This document shows, piece by piece, positions 36,743-45,981 of a stretch of 64,000 nt of DNA. Numbering within the stretch: the first letter of the stretch is position 1; every line of letters starts with the position of its first letter. Position numbers and translations under genes: made by a program. The notes under the pieces are model-generated. The model did no database searches. It saw only the letters and a list, made by a program, of their open reading frames with translations, and was not told the DNA's origin. The stretch covers positions 1 to 64,000 of IMG/VR virus record IMGVR_UViG_3300037761_000250; one strand, 5' to 3'. This DNA comes from a virus (lineage: Duplodnaviria; Caudoviricetes).

Positions 36743-36815
36743 TGCGCCAAGTAGGATTTGAACCTACACTATACCGGGCTTAAACCGGTTGCCTCTACCG
36801 TTGGGCTATTAGCGC
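36743..36815 (-). tRNA. trnL: tRNA-Leu(UAA) with short variable loop
   Basis: GCGCTAA/TTGGCGC acceptor, ACCGG-TT-TAA-GC-CCGGT, 5-nt variable region, GGTTCAAATCC. Confidence 0.85.
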
Positions 36816-36829
36816 GTCTAAATGAGTTG

Positions 36830-37791
36830 TTTAATTTATTATTTACCACTTAATGTGGAAGTGTCGCGTCGACTTTGCAACTCAGTATCCGGCGGTCCTT
36901 CTTGTTTAAGACAGTGTATCTGTCACCGTCAATACTGGACACTTCCACATTAAGTGGTCAATAATAAATTAAAAGTTAAAAAGTTGTGAGTAGTCCCGGA
37001 CGGATTAGTCTTAGTCTGTTCTCCCAGGCCGGGACACCCAGTTCCAGAACTTTTAGTGCGCGCGCTCCGTGGTCTCGTCGCCGAGATTGCATACTCACAA
37101 CTTGGACAATAGCCAATATATCTAGATATACTGACTATTATCACTTGGGCACATAACTAGATGTCGTTTAATACCGAGGTTCTCCAACCAGGTACCCCAA
37201 GCTTAGTAAAGGTCAACAGACGAATAATAATCCCCTATCCGTTCTGCCCGTTACCGGATTTTCGACCTTCACTGATTCAACTTTTGGAACTACGGCGTCG
37301 ACCAAACCGCACTTGCCTCTTTAATCCCTATGCCTAATCCTGACGGACAGGTCTCCCTCACGGGTGGCCACGGGCCGCAACGCAGAGCTACCTCGTTACG
37401 GTAGATGCGGTTCCTAACCCTTATCAATCCCGGAGGATGATAAGGAATTAATTTGTCCATCGTGACGACAATGTTTGCTCCGTCCATGAACTTTCGGTTT
37501 GACCAGAGGAACTATTGCGCGGATTCAGGCAATTAATCTCACGATTAATGCAATCTCCGAGGAGATTATCTTTGCTCATCGCTCACACTTCCGGAGTGTC
37601 CACCGGAAGACTCCTACCACCGACAGGGAAAATTCGAAGGTATGCCTTTAGTTCGCTAAGCTGAACAGGTCATGACTCCTGCGTGCCACATCCGTGGAAG
37701 TACCACTGTTATATGACATACCAACGTTTTAGGTGTCCCGTTTTTCGCGCACCTTCGGGACCACAAGGCGAGGAAGCATTAAATGCCGCGG
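36830..37791 (-). ncRNA. Candidate large structured ncRNA (~960 nt)
   Basis: 36-bp IR (35/36) at 36830-36865/36938-36973, 12-bp helix 36981-36992/37092-37103, many hairpins, no credible ORF. Confidence 0.6.
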
Positions 37792-37865
37792 TGGCGGGGA
37801 CGGGATTTGAACCCGTGAACTCCAGATTATGAGTCTGGCGTGGTACCGAACTCCACTACCCCGCG
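37792..37865 (-). tRNA. trnM: tRNA-Met(CAU), initiator-like
   Basis: CGCGGGG 5' end with C1xC72 mismatch, CCAGA-CT-CAT-AA-TCTGG, TTCAAAT T loop. Confidence 0.88.
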
Positions 37866-38185
37866 TCACGTAGCGGTTGGTTAGGCCGCTACGGTCGGGA
37901 ACCACCCGACAAGTCCAAGAGAAATATTAATTCCTAACCGATTATAGGATCGTTATTCTCTTGGAGGTTTGAGTGGGCGCCTGTTCAGTCTATCGTATTG
38001 GCGACAATCCCTTGACGCCTCAAAAGTCAGGCCGGTCGTTTAAAACATTCCAGCGCGTGTAAGAATGTCCCCACGTGTATTTCTAAGAATTCAATTGTCA
38101 ATGTCCGTTTGCTGCCCGTTTGTGGCCCGTTCGGGCGCCTCTCGCCCTATCGTAGCGCATGGGCGGGCAGGCGCGCAACCCGGTA

Positions 38186-38219
38186 TCAAGATCAAGTTAC
38201 TCGAGTAACTTGATCTTGA
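38186..38219. promoter_or_regulatory. Perfect 34-bp palindrome upstream of tRNA/ncRNA cluster
   Basis: tcaagatcaagttactc|gagtaacttgatcttga. Confidence 0.7.
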
Positions 38220-38236
38220 CGAATAGGACTGGTGTA

Positions 38237-38479
38237 CTAATGCTGTTTATTCCAGGCCAAATCAAACGCATCATCCGCATCATCATTGGATGGTCCAATT
38301 GAATTAGTCGGATCAGGTGGTGGCAATGGAACTACACTAGTTGGTAATGTAAAATTATCCGTCGGTCTATCTTTAACTAGCCAATTAATAATTTCCCATG
38401 GAATCCAAATTAGTGCTCCAAACCCGCAAGTCAGTATGGTAATAATGCACAGGAATAGTCTTATTTTTCTTGATTCCAT
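38237..38479 (-). CDS. Small membrane protein
   Basis: N-terminal TM, Pro-rich then acidic tail. Confidence 0.65.
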   Translation of the reverse strand: MESRKIRLFLCIITILTCGFGALIWIPWEIINWLVKDRPTDNFTLPTSVVPLPPPDPTNSIGPSNDDADDAFDLAWNKQH

Positions 38480-38490
38480 GTATATATACC

Positions 38491-38730
38491 TTACACTGAT
38501 AGCAGTTCATTCTTAACTAAGTAATTAAAGCTTACATCACTTAGCCATAGATTTATTCCATAATTATTAACGTCCGCAGTTACTGCGAAACTGCTACCAT
38601 ATGGTAAATCTTCACGTTCCATCAAAGACTTAACTAACTCATTTACTGTTTCTCGTTTTGCTTGAACGTGGTGTGGAAATACATCGGGCAAATTCTTTTG
38701 GTAAATTGACATATTAATTTCACTTACCAA
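38491..38730 (-). CDS. Hypothetical protein
   Basis: ORF in operon. Confidence 0.55.
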   Translation of the reverse strand: MVSEINMSIYQKNLPDVFPHHVQAKRETVNELVKSLMEREDLPYGSSFAVTADVNNYGINLWLSDVSFNYLVKNELLSV

Positions 38731-38996
38731 TCTTTTCTATGTTGAGAAATGTGAAGTCCTCTTGACTTTAGCATTTCTTCAAGTCTGTCTACCTTTAAAA
38801 TAGACAGAGCCTGCTTGTCTAATGCCTCTTCTACTTCCTCAATGACAGGTGGTGTTGAACTTAATTTAGTAGGTTTATATTCTTCACGACAAGACTTACA
38901 ACGTACTGGTGGTCGACCGCGCCCTCCTCGAATTTTAAATTCCTGACGACAGTCTCGGCAAACACGAGTATTAGTTAACACTGTTAATAATTCCAA
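38724..38996 (-). CDS. Zn-binding hypothetical protein
   Basis: CRDC...GRPPVRCKSC. Confidence 0.6.
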   Translation of the reverse strand: MELLTVLTNTRVCRDCRQEFKIRGGRGRPPVRCKSCREEYKPTKLSSTPPVIEEVEEALDKQALSILKVDRLEEMLKSRGLHISQHRKDW

Positions 38997-39192
38997 TCAC
39001 TAGAACAATAATTGCAAAGATTGCAATTATTATGAATGGCCAGCCCGTAAAATGTTCACCATCACTATCACCATTACCATTCCAGTCGGGCATTTTTATT
39101 CTCCAAGATCATTTTGTAGGTACACTAATGTTAATCCATTTCATAGGTGGTAAGAGGAGGAGTGCCGAGCGTCCATAACGACACTCCTCCAG

Positions 39193-39266
39193 TGGGACAA
39201 GAGGGACTTGAACCCCCGACCGATCGATTATGAGTCGACTGCTCTAACCAGCTGAGCTATTGTCCC
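39193..39266 (-). tRNA. tRNA(CAU), elongator Met or Ile2
   Basis: GGGACAA/TTGTCCC acceptor, GTCGA-CT-CAT-AA-TCGAT, GGTTCAAGTCC; anticodon arm resembles Ile2 tRNAs. Confidence 0.88.
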
Positions 39267-39311
39267 AACAATGACGCAGCTTCTATAACTACGCCATGTT
39301 AATTTGGGTGT

Positions 39312-39581
39312 TTAACTCTTTGCTATTAATCCCAATATATTCAATAATGCCTCTGCACTAGTTTTAGCTTCTTGTAATTCATTCTTTATTTCTTCTAATG
39401 TTCCAGACAGAATTGGTTCCTCTGATTCTGAGCTATACAAAACATATACTTTAATTGATTTGTATCCAATTACCCTTTTGTATTCATATGTTCCATCAGG
39501 TAATGGATATTCAGTAGTTATTTTATCAGTAATTGGTCGTAGTACGTCAGGTTGATTTTCAAATCGAAAAAAGAATTTCAT
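39312..39581 (-). CDS. Hypothetical protein
   Basis: ORF with upstream AGGTAG. Confidence 0.55.
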   Translation of the reverse strand: MKFFFRFENQPDVLRPITDKITTEYPLPDGTYEYKRVIGYKSIKVYVLYSSESEEPILSGTLEEIKNELQEAKTSAEALLNILGLIAKS

Positions 39582-39755
39582 CTAACTACCTATTTAACTG
39601 GTGAAGTGATTGACAAGTGTGATGACAGCCCAGGCAATCAGTCCCAAAATTCCTAGTCCAAGTAGGGCGCAGAACGCGAACCATAGCATGAACCACCAGG
39701 GCATACCAGGAAGCTCCGGCTTACGGTCAGAGAATCGCATTATTTGTATCCTTTC

Positions 39756-39944
39756 TTAGCAAACACAATTCTCAGTTAGGCGCACAAACCATGCACTTGG
39801 GGACCAATGATCGGAATAGCGAGCGGTTACCCACCCATCTTCATCCTCCTCTAAGATGACTTCGGCATTCCTCTCCGTTGCTTTTCGTTCCATATCTTTC
39901 AAGGTGCAATAATTACATCTGGTCAGTGTACTCATCTCAGTCAT
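39756..39944 (-). CDS. Small Cys-containing protein
   Basis: CNYC and terminal CVC. Confidence 0.55.
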   Translation of the reverse strand: MTEMSTLTRCNYCTLKDMERKATERNAEVILEEDEDGWVTARYSDHWSPSAWFVRLTENCVC

Positions 39945-40239
39945 CCCTTGGCGTGATAGCGTCTCGAATGCTGTTCAACACATTGAGAAATTCTCGCTCA
40001 CCGTACCTAATCGGCACAGCACCTAGTAGAATACTGGCCGCGACACCTCTTTCATATCCTCGCCTGACGTGGTTGAGAATATCTGAAATTACTCGAACTA
40101 GAATATCCCGCTCCCGAGCAGTCAGCTCGCGCTTAGGTGGATTGTTTGACCCGTCATAAGCATCGGTGCCTTCCGGCCAAGACTTGTAGCCATTGCCTTC
40201 CATAATTTTCTTTATTCTCTCTAATAATTCATCGTTCAT
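39937..40239 (-). CDS. Hypothetical protein
   Basis: GGGAAG RBS before ATG 40239. Confidence 0.6.
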   Translation of the reverse strand: MNDELLERIKKIMEGNGYKSWPEGTDAYDGSNNPPKRELTARERDILVRVISDILNHVRRGYERGVAASILLGAVPIRYGEREFLNVLNSIRDAITPRDD

Positions 40240-40490
40240 TTCTTCCCTTTCTGTTTGATGTACCAACCGGCCACACAGTTTCAACTGTGTAGCCTATTGG
40301 CAGATCAAAATAGAGTTACTACCTTGAAATCAATCGTCTTATAAGAATCGTCCTTTGTTTTAATTACATCCAATAAAACATTCTTAATGAATTCTTGAAC
40401 ATCTGAAATAGAATCTGTAAAAGCGCTGAATTTCCAATGTGGTTCTTTATTTGCAATTTGAAATTTAACGAACAGGGCAAACGTAACCAT

Positions 40491-41189
40491 CTATGTACCA
40501 ATTCCTTTTCTATTTTCTCGGGAAAGTTTGCTGCTGCCTAGATCTGCCCGCCGGCCAGCGGCGAAGCCGTCTGTAAATCCGTTTTGGCTAGAAGCGGTTA
40601 GGTCATGCTTTATATATTTAAGATTAGGAAACGCCTCGTCTACTGCTTGATCAACTTCGGTTTCTCGATTCCGAAGCACTGGCAGATTGTCCGGCTCTTC
40701 GGTTTTTATTCGTTTGTTCATGTAGTGAAGTCGGTTCCCGACTTCAACCACAAAACCATACATCCAACTACTATTATAGGACTTCCCATTTATGTAGCTT
40801 GGTTTCTTGGTTGATGCTTCCATCACTCCGAATAACATTTGGGTATGTAGAGATGCGTACAACATCTTAATTCGGTCCAGATCACCCTTGTAACCAAACA
40901 CACGGACAGCGTTTGAATTATCAAGGAAAACAGGTTTGCCACCAAGGTGGATAGCAATTTCTGCAAGTAAGGTTTTTGCTTGCTTTCTGTAATGAGAACT
41001 GAACTTAATATCCAAGTAAATAACCTGTTCACCAGTTACCTTGTCTCGGGCTTTAGCCTCCTCAATTCCATACTTGGCCATTAGATAGGTAGCCTTGTCA
41101 ATCAAGGCATCGCGTTCGGCTTCGGTTACACCGGCCGCATTTGCCTTAGTTAGCAAGCCTTCTATTACGTTTCTCCATTTTTCTGCCAT
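40491..41189 (-). CDS. DUF2786-family protein
   Basis: I..LL.KA, E.......A..LMAKYGI, SW..GF, G...GRRADLG. Confidence 0.75.
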   Translation of the reverse strand: MAEKWRNVIEGLLTKANAAGVTEAERDALIDKATYLMAKYGIEEAKARDKVTGEQVIYLDIKFSSHYRKQAKTLLAEIAIHLGGKPVFLDNSNAVRVFGYKGDLDRIKMLYASLHTQMLFGVMEASTKKPSYINGKSYNSSWMYGFVVEVGNRLHYMNKRIKTEEPDNLPVLRNRETEVDQAVDEAFPNLKYIKHDLTASSQNGFTDGFAAGRRADLGSSKLSRENRKGIGT

Positions 41190-41195
41190 TGATTA

Positions 41196-41468
41196 TTACT
41201 TTCGTTTTTGTAGCCAATATCGAATATTATCCCAAGTTTTTTCTATTTTCCATATCCACCAAGTAGGATCAAGAAGTTGGATGTTGATTGGTAATACTAT
41301 GATCTTGCATTCACTACAACGGTGAAGATGCCACCTATACCAACGACTATCGTAGTTTATCTTAAGAAGTCTACCGTTGCAAGTATATTTCTTTGGATAT
41401 TTAAATCCACCTCCGGCCCAACCAGGACAACGGCGAGGCTTGTCGTAACAATGCCGACTAATCTTCAT
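41196..41468 (-). CDS. Cys/Trp-rich hypothetical protein
   Basis: ORF in operon. Confidence 0.55.
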   Translation of the reverse strand: MKISRHCYDKPRRCPGWAGGGFKYPKKYTCNGRLLKINYDSRWYRWHLHRCSECKIIVLPINIQLLDPTWWIWKIEKTWDNIRYWLQKRK

Positions 41469-41471
41469 GTA

Positions 41472-41777
41472 TTAGAAATCCCAATCATCGAGACCCGAAG
41501 GATTTTCGATGGCAACAATTTGCTGGTCCCGAAGATAATTCAGAACAAGAATCTTTACCGCCTCGAATGGAATATTCAATTCCGCCAGTTCTTCGTCGGT
41601 TTTGTTTGTCCAAGTTCCTGCTGGTACCTTAACCACATCGGCGATCCTGTTTGGCAAAATGAACTTTACATTTCCAGAGTAATCTCCGTTATGGTGCATG
41701 GTAACTTGAGTTTCTTCGAACTCTCCACGTCGGAGACGTTCGTTTTGGGCGTCACCTTTCCAACTAATCGTGTGCAC
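41472..41777 (-). CDS. Hypothetical protein
   Basis: HHNGDYSG motif; GGAG RBS. Confidence 0.6.
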   Translation of the reverse strand: MHTISWKGDAQNERLRRGEFEETQVTMHHNGDYSGNVKFILPNRIADVVKVPAGTWTNKTDEELAELNIPFEAVKILVLNYLRDQQIVAIENPSGLDDWDF

Positions 41778-41946
41778 GTGTCATCTCCTTTCAGGAAAAT
41801 TCACAACTTGTCATTGACAGATTGTGAATCAACCTGACTGTAGATGCTATCATATGTCCTGTACTAAACCGTAAAGTACAATTGCTAGTGCAGCAAGAAG
41901 CAACACTAGCAGGACTGTTCCTCGCCAACCTTGCATGTTTATCTTC

Positions 41947-42159
41947 CTAGAGCGATAGGAGTTTCCAACAATGGGGACAGGCATTTAGGATTTTTGCCTG
42001 TATAAACGTGCATTGGTCACACCATAGTGGAGCCCAGCATTGCAGTTTATCTTCCTGTTCCTCGGTAAGGTCTCGCATTCTAGTAGTTTCGTCCCAATAG
42101 TGGCACAACCTACAGCGAATTTGTTCATCATTGGTATGAGTCACACTACGAGTAGCCAT
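41947..42159 (-). CDS. Small Cys-rich protein
   Basis: CRLC, CDQC, CPHC. Confidence 0.6.
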   Translation of the reverse strand: MATRSVTHTNDEQIRCRLCHYWDETTRMRDLTEEQEDKLQCWAPLWCDQCTFIQAKILNACPHCWKLLSL

Positions 42160-42188
42160 GTCATCTCCTTAACTAGAAAATTTCATTA

Positions 42189-42494
42189 CTACCCATAAAG
42201 TTCCATCTCTTCTAGTGCATCTCTAAATGAATTCATGAGATCTTCAAGTAATAGGCTAATGTCATCATTTTGGTGCCACTTCTGTAAAAATCCATGTAGC
42301 TCCTGCAACTCTTTGGCATTGATTCGGAAGGTGGCATCTTGTCTTAATTCAGTTCGTTCCATTTTACTCTCCCTGTCAAAATCATAGTCATATAACACAG
42401 CTTCGCGCTCTGCCAACGCAGAGCGCCTTGCTTCTATTTTTAGAAAATCATCGGTAACAATATCTAGTGCTTCGGCCCAAGAAAGTTCACCCAT
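42189..42494 (-). CDS. Hypothetical protein
   Basis: ORF in operon. Confidence 0.6.
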   Translation of the reverse strand: MGELSWAEALDIVTDDFLKIEARRSALAEREAVLYDYDFDRESKMERTELRQDATFRINAKELQELHGFLQKWHQNDDISLLLEDLMNSFRDALEEMELYG

Positions 42495-42777
42495 CTAATT
42501 CCTCCTCCTCTTCTTCTTCCGACCTTTGCCAAGCCTCCATCTCTGCGTCTTCCTGCAAGGCTTCTTTCAAAGCGAAATCACGATCGCTCAAACTAGCCCG
42601 ATCGTATCCTTCGGCGTTCAAGGATTCGAATGCCCTCTTTACAAGTGTCTGGGCGGCCAGAATGTGTGATTCAGTGGTCTCACCCATTACCCAGGCCCGA
42701 GCCAGCTCGATATTTGAGAGTGGGCTGATGGCAACTAAATCGCCGCCATCAATTGCTATGATCATGAGTTTTTTCAC
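42487..42777 (-). CDS. Hypothetical acidic protein
   Basis: ORF in operon. Confidence 0.6.
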   Translation of the reverse strand: MKKLMIIAIDGGDLVAISPLSNIELARAWVMGETTESHILAAQTLVKRAFESLNAEGYDRASLSDRDFALKEALQEDAEMEAWQRSEEEEEEELDG

Positions 42778-43006
42778 TATTTGCCAATCTTATACAGGCA
42801 CAGTGATTCCATGAACAATTACTAAAATCACCAGGCTTATTTGGATAAAGGTAATTGCCAATTACATCCCAATGCTCGGCTCGTCTGGTCAGACGGTACC
42901 ATAGTGCCTGTCGCCAATTGACAATCCAGGGGTATATTTCCCTGACCACAGCTAATTTGTAGCTGCAATCTTCGTATAGCTCACCAACCTTAATTGGTTG
43001 CTTCAT
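42749..43006 (-). CDS. Hypothetical protein
   Basis: GELYEDC...CSW.HC motif. Confidence 0.55.
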   Translation of the reverse strand: MKQPIKVGELYEDCSYKLAVVREIYPWIVNWRQALWYRLTRRAEHWDVIGNYLYPNKPGDFSNCSWNHCACIRLANSEKTHDHSN

Positions 43007-43136
43007 TTATTGGCTTCCGTTTCGAGTATTGGGTAGATTTCATTGTCTAAAGTATCTTGCGAAACAGGTTGTGAAAGAACTACCCATCCATCAATTACCA
43101 CCAGAATCTTAATGTCTATAGGATTTGTATTCTTCT

Positions 43137-43727
43137 TTATTCATTGCCTTCCTCATTCAGTAGTTCAACGACTTCATCTATTGACACTGGTCGGTAATCC
43201 CAAGCGTCCACACCGACATGTACCTGTTGATTACGAATTTGTAGACTACTGTGAGTGTGCCCATGCAAGAGAATTTTGCCATCATCCTTTGGTCTATTTT
43301 GTTCGGGGATTATATCTCTGTGGGTGTCCCCAAAGTATGGGAAATGTGATAAGCTCCAGATTTCTGTCCCTCTCTCACTGAAATTCAGTAAGCTTACTTG
43401 TTCTGTTTCAACAGTGAAGCCAACGTTGCTATACATTTCAAAATCCTGGGCGCGCGGTCCGCCTTTACGGTATCCAGAAAAGCACCGATCGTGATTCCCG
43501 GGTACCAAATGTTTGATTCCGTTCAATTCAGTAACAACTGACAGTGAATCTTGAATAGGTCCAAGTGCCACATCACCCAGCACCCAAACGACATCTGATG
43601 GAGTAACCCGGTCGTTCCAGCGCCTAACAATCTCTTTATTCATTTCTTCGATAGAAGAAAATGGACGGTTGCATAGTTCGATAATCCGAGCATGACCAAT
43701 ATGTAAATCAGACGTAAAGAAAATCAT
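43137..43727 (-). CDS. Calcineurin-like metallophosphoesterase
   Basis: SDLHIGH, LGDV, GNHD, HFP, LHGHTH, VGVD motifs. Confidence 0.9.
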   Translation of the reverse strand: MIFFTSDLHIGHARIIELCNRPFSSIEEMNKEIVRRWNDRVTPSDVVWVLGDVALGPIQDSLSVVTELNGIKHLVPGNHDRCFSGYRKGGPRAQDFEMYSNVGFTVETEQVSLLNFSERGTEIWSLSHFPYFGDTHRDIIPEQNRPKDDGKILLHGHTHSSLQIRNQQVHVGVDAWDYRPVSIDEVVELLNEEGNE

Positions 43728-43918
43728 GCTTTCTCCTGATATTTTTTCTTTTCAATTTCGATGGCATCAATCCATCGAAGTCGGGAGGCGACATTCACCA
43801 TGATATCCATGGCCCGATCATAGAATTCCAAATCTGGAATGCGTTTGTCATCAATAACAACCTTCAATATACTTCGTAGTTCCTGAGACATTTTCCTCTT
43901 AAACTCTTTGCTTGACAA
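43724..43918 (-). CDS. Hypothetical protein
   Basis: ORF in operon. Confidence 0.5.
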   Translation of the reverse strand: MSSKEFKRKMSQELRSILKVVIDDKRIPDLEFYDRAMDIMVNVASRLRWIDAIEIEKKKYQEKA

Positions 43919-44024
43919 TGCTATCTCCTTCTAATTTTCTTTTGTCGATCCCCCTTAGCTGTAAAGAAAAGGAACGACCCGACAAATACTAAGACTGCTA
44001 ACATAGCAAAAGTTATTGAATTCA

Positions 44025-44276
44025 TTACACATCTTCTACAAAGTAGTAGTTGGTAGTGCGTTCTACCATGTATACTTGATAATCTACATTGGAATCTTCG
44101 GAAGCTTGCTTAGCAACAACCTCTGCCTCTTCCTTAGAATTGTAAACATTTGGCTCTGATGTCCAGAACATTTTGTGCTCTGTACCAAAGTCTGCCATTC
44201 TACCATACACATAGAATCGGGCACGGTATTGTTTGGCTATCTTCTTTTTACTATCCTTGAATTCCATCGTTGTCAT
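44025..44276 (-). CDS. Hypothetical protein
   Basis: ORF in operon. Confidence 0.55.
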   Translation of the reverse strand: MTTMEFKDSKKKIAKQYRARFYVYGRMADFGTEHKMFWTSEPNVYNSKEEAEVVAKQASEDSNVDYQVYMVERTTNYYFVEDV

Positions 44277-44725
44277 GTTTTTCCTTCTTGGGCCGAGGCT
44301 AATTCGTTGATTGATTTAAGCATTTCTCTCTTCTCGGCTTCCAGCTTGTCCAGATTAATTCCATGAAACTCCGCAAGAACCTCATTGATATTACGCCGAT
44401 CGCGTACCCAGTCCTCGTGGTGGTGTGTTATTTCATACTCGTGCTTGCCTTTACATACTTTGCAAGTACACCGTTCTTTAGTCAACTCGGTGTAGTGAGT
44501 ACAAAAGTCGCATACTCTCTGAGTAGTTTCGTCCCACTCTTCGAACTTCATTCGTTGTACGCCCTGGCTGGACAGCCATTCGAGCAATTCACCTTGTGCT
44601 TGACTAATTTCCATAATTACTTGCAGATTGTCATGCTCAGGATATTTACTACTTTGCATGTTTCCTACTACTCCATTCACCAAGTAACTGCTCAAATGGT
44701 ACATGATACCAATTAACCCCGTCAT
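44273..44725 (-). CDS. Hypothetical protein with Zn-finger insert; start uncertain
   Basis: CDFC...CKVCKG. Confidence 0.55.
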   Translation of the reverse strand: MTGLIGIMYHLSSYLVNGVVGNMQSSKYPEHDNLQVIMEISQAQGELLEWLSSQGVQRMKFEEWDETTQRVCDFCTHYTELTKERCTCKVCKGKHEYEITHHHEDWVRDRRNINEVLAEFHGINLDKLEAEKREMLKSINELASAQEGKT

Positions 44726-44989
44726 TGGAGTTCATTAGGATAATACCATACTTGTCATAGACCCAATCGAGAAACTCGGTAATTGCTTTAGATTGTTCAG
44801 ATGGTAAATGATATTTACTCATTTAAGTTCCTATTTTCGGTATATAGCCCGTGTCTATAAGCCACCGCTGAATCACTTTACTGTCGTAGGTACCCGTCAG
44901 CCAGAGCACCAAATTTACAAATTCCTCTCGTTTGTGGTCTGGTAAGCTGTCAGCAATCGAGCTGAGAGTTTCATACAGCTCTTTCCTAG

Positions 44990-45250
44990 TCATGAGCGTT
45001 CACCAACCGGAAGCATCATCCGCCAATCGACGGGTTCCCGCTCGACGGCCTCGGTCGTGATGGCGCCGTCTAGGATGACGCTCTGCTTCTTCAAGACCTT
45101 TCGTCCTGACTCGCACAGAGCCTTCTGACGGGCTACTGCACGCTCTCGGCGCTCTGCTTTCCGCCACCGTGCTCCATATGGCCCGTGGCCACTTGGATGA
45201 TAGTTTGGACTATTTCGTCCAAGCTCTTCTGCTTTAGTCTTTACTGTCAT
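44990..45250 (-). CDS. Hypothetical basic protein
   Basis: ORF with GAGAGG upstream. Confidence 0.55.
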   Translation of the reverse strand: MTVKTKAEELGRNSPNYHPSGHGPYGARWRKAERRERAVARQKALCESGRKVLKKQSVILDGAITTEAVEREPVDWRMMLPVGERS

Positions 45251-45413
45251 TTTTCATTCCTCTCTTTTTTCGTTATAGAAAAAGGACACTTGTTACGGTG
45301 TCCTTATGGCAGACTACGCCGCTACTATGAAGCGTACACGTAGCCCGTGCGTTTTTCCGACCACAGCCCGTCGTATGAAGCCTATACTACCATGTCCGTT
45401 ACCATGATCGCCA

Positions 45414-45671
45414 TTAGCAATTCTCCCATGGCCAAACACAGGCAACGTGAAGAGGCAGCCAAATGACGAATGTTGTCCACAGTGCAGCAACGGTAACCCA
45501 TAGCCACATCACGTTCTTACGTCGAGGCTCTATGCCTAACCATTTTCTCAATGGACCGGTGTAAGGTCCACGATTTCTAAGTCCAATGGTCTGAGCCACA
45601 GCAAAAACTGCCAATGGAATTACCGTGAATAGAATCCAGAATAGTTCGCTAGGCATTATCCTCCTCCCCAT
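45414..45671 (-). CDS. Membrane protein
   Basis: Two TM helices. Confidence 0.6.
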   Translation of the reverse strand: MGRRIMPSELFWILFTVIPLAVFAVAQTIGLRNRGPYTGPLRKWLGIEPRRKNVMWLWVTVAALWTTFVIWLPLHVACVWPWENC

Positions 45672-45981
45672 CGTGCCTTGACTTGATTATGTCACTTAGG
45701 AGTTTGACATTTTCGTCGTCTAGTTCATTTCCATAATCATCAAGTACAGTTACTTCGTTATCCATCTCGAAATGCTGAAAATCGTCGTCGTTGCCATCTA
45801 GTCCCAATGGAACTGCCTCGATATTCTCGATGAAATTAGAAATAACGTCACGATTATCCAAGTCCCGCTCGTAGGCTACTGCCTCAACTAAGGTTTCTGC
45901 TATGTCGTTAGGGTAATAGTTCTTATCGTATGGAACTTCACTGATAACCGTGATGGTGGTTTTTACTCGAATCTTAGGCAT
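45649..45981 (-). CDS. Hypothetical acidic protein
   Basis: ORF in operon. Confidence 0.6.
   Translation of the reverse strand: MPKIRVKTTITVISEVPYDKNYYPNDIAETLVEAVAYERDLDNRDVISNFIENIEAVPLGLDGNDDDFQHFEMDNEVTVLDDYGNELDDENVKLLSDIIKSRHDGEEDNA

Noticed and set aside
35853-37791. tmRNA, RNase P RNA or group I intron as explanation of the non-coding region
   Set aside because: No tmRNA-type 5' end with matching TLD 3' end and no GAGGAAAGUCC RNase P motif were found; group I R/S-like words occur in the wrong order. A covariance search is still needed.
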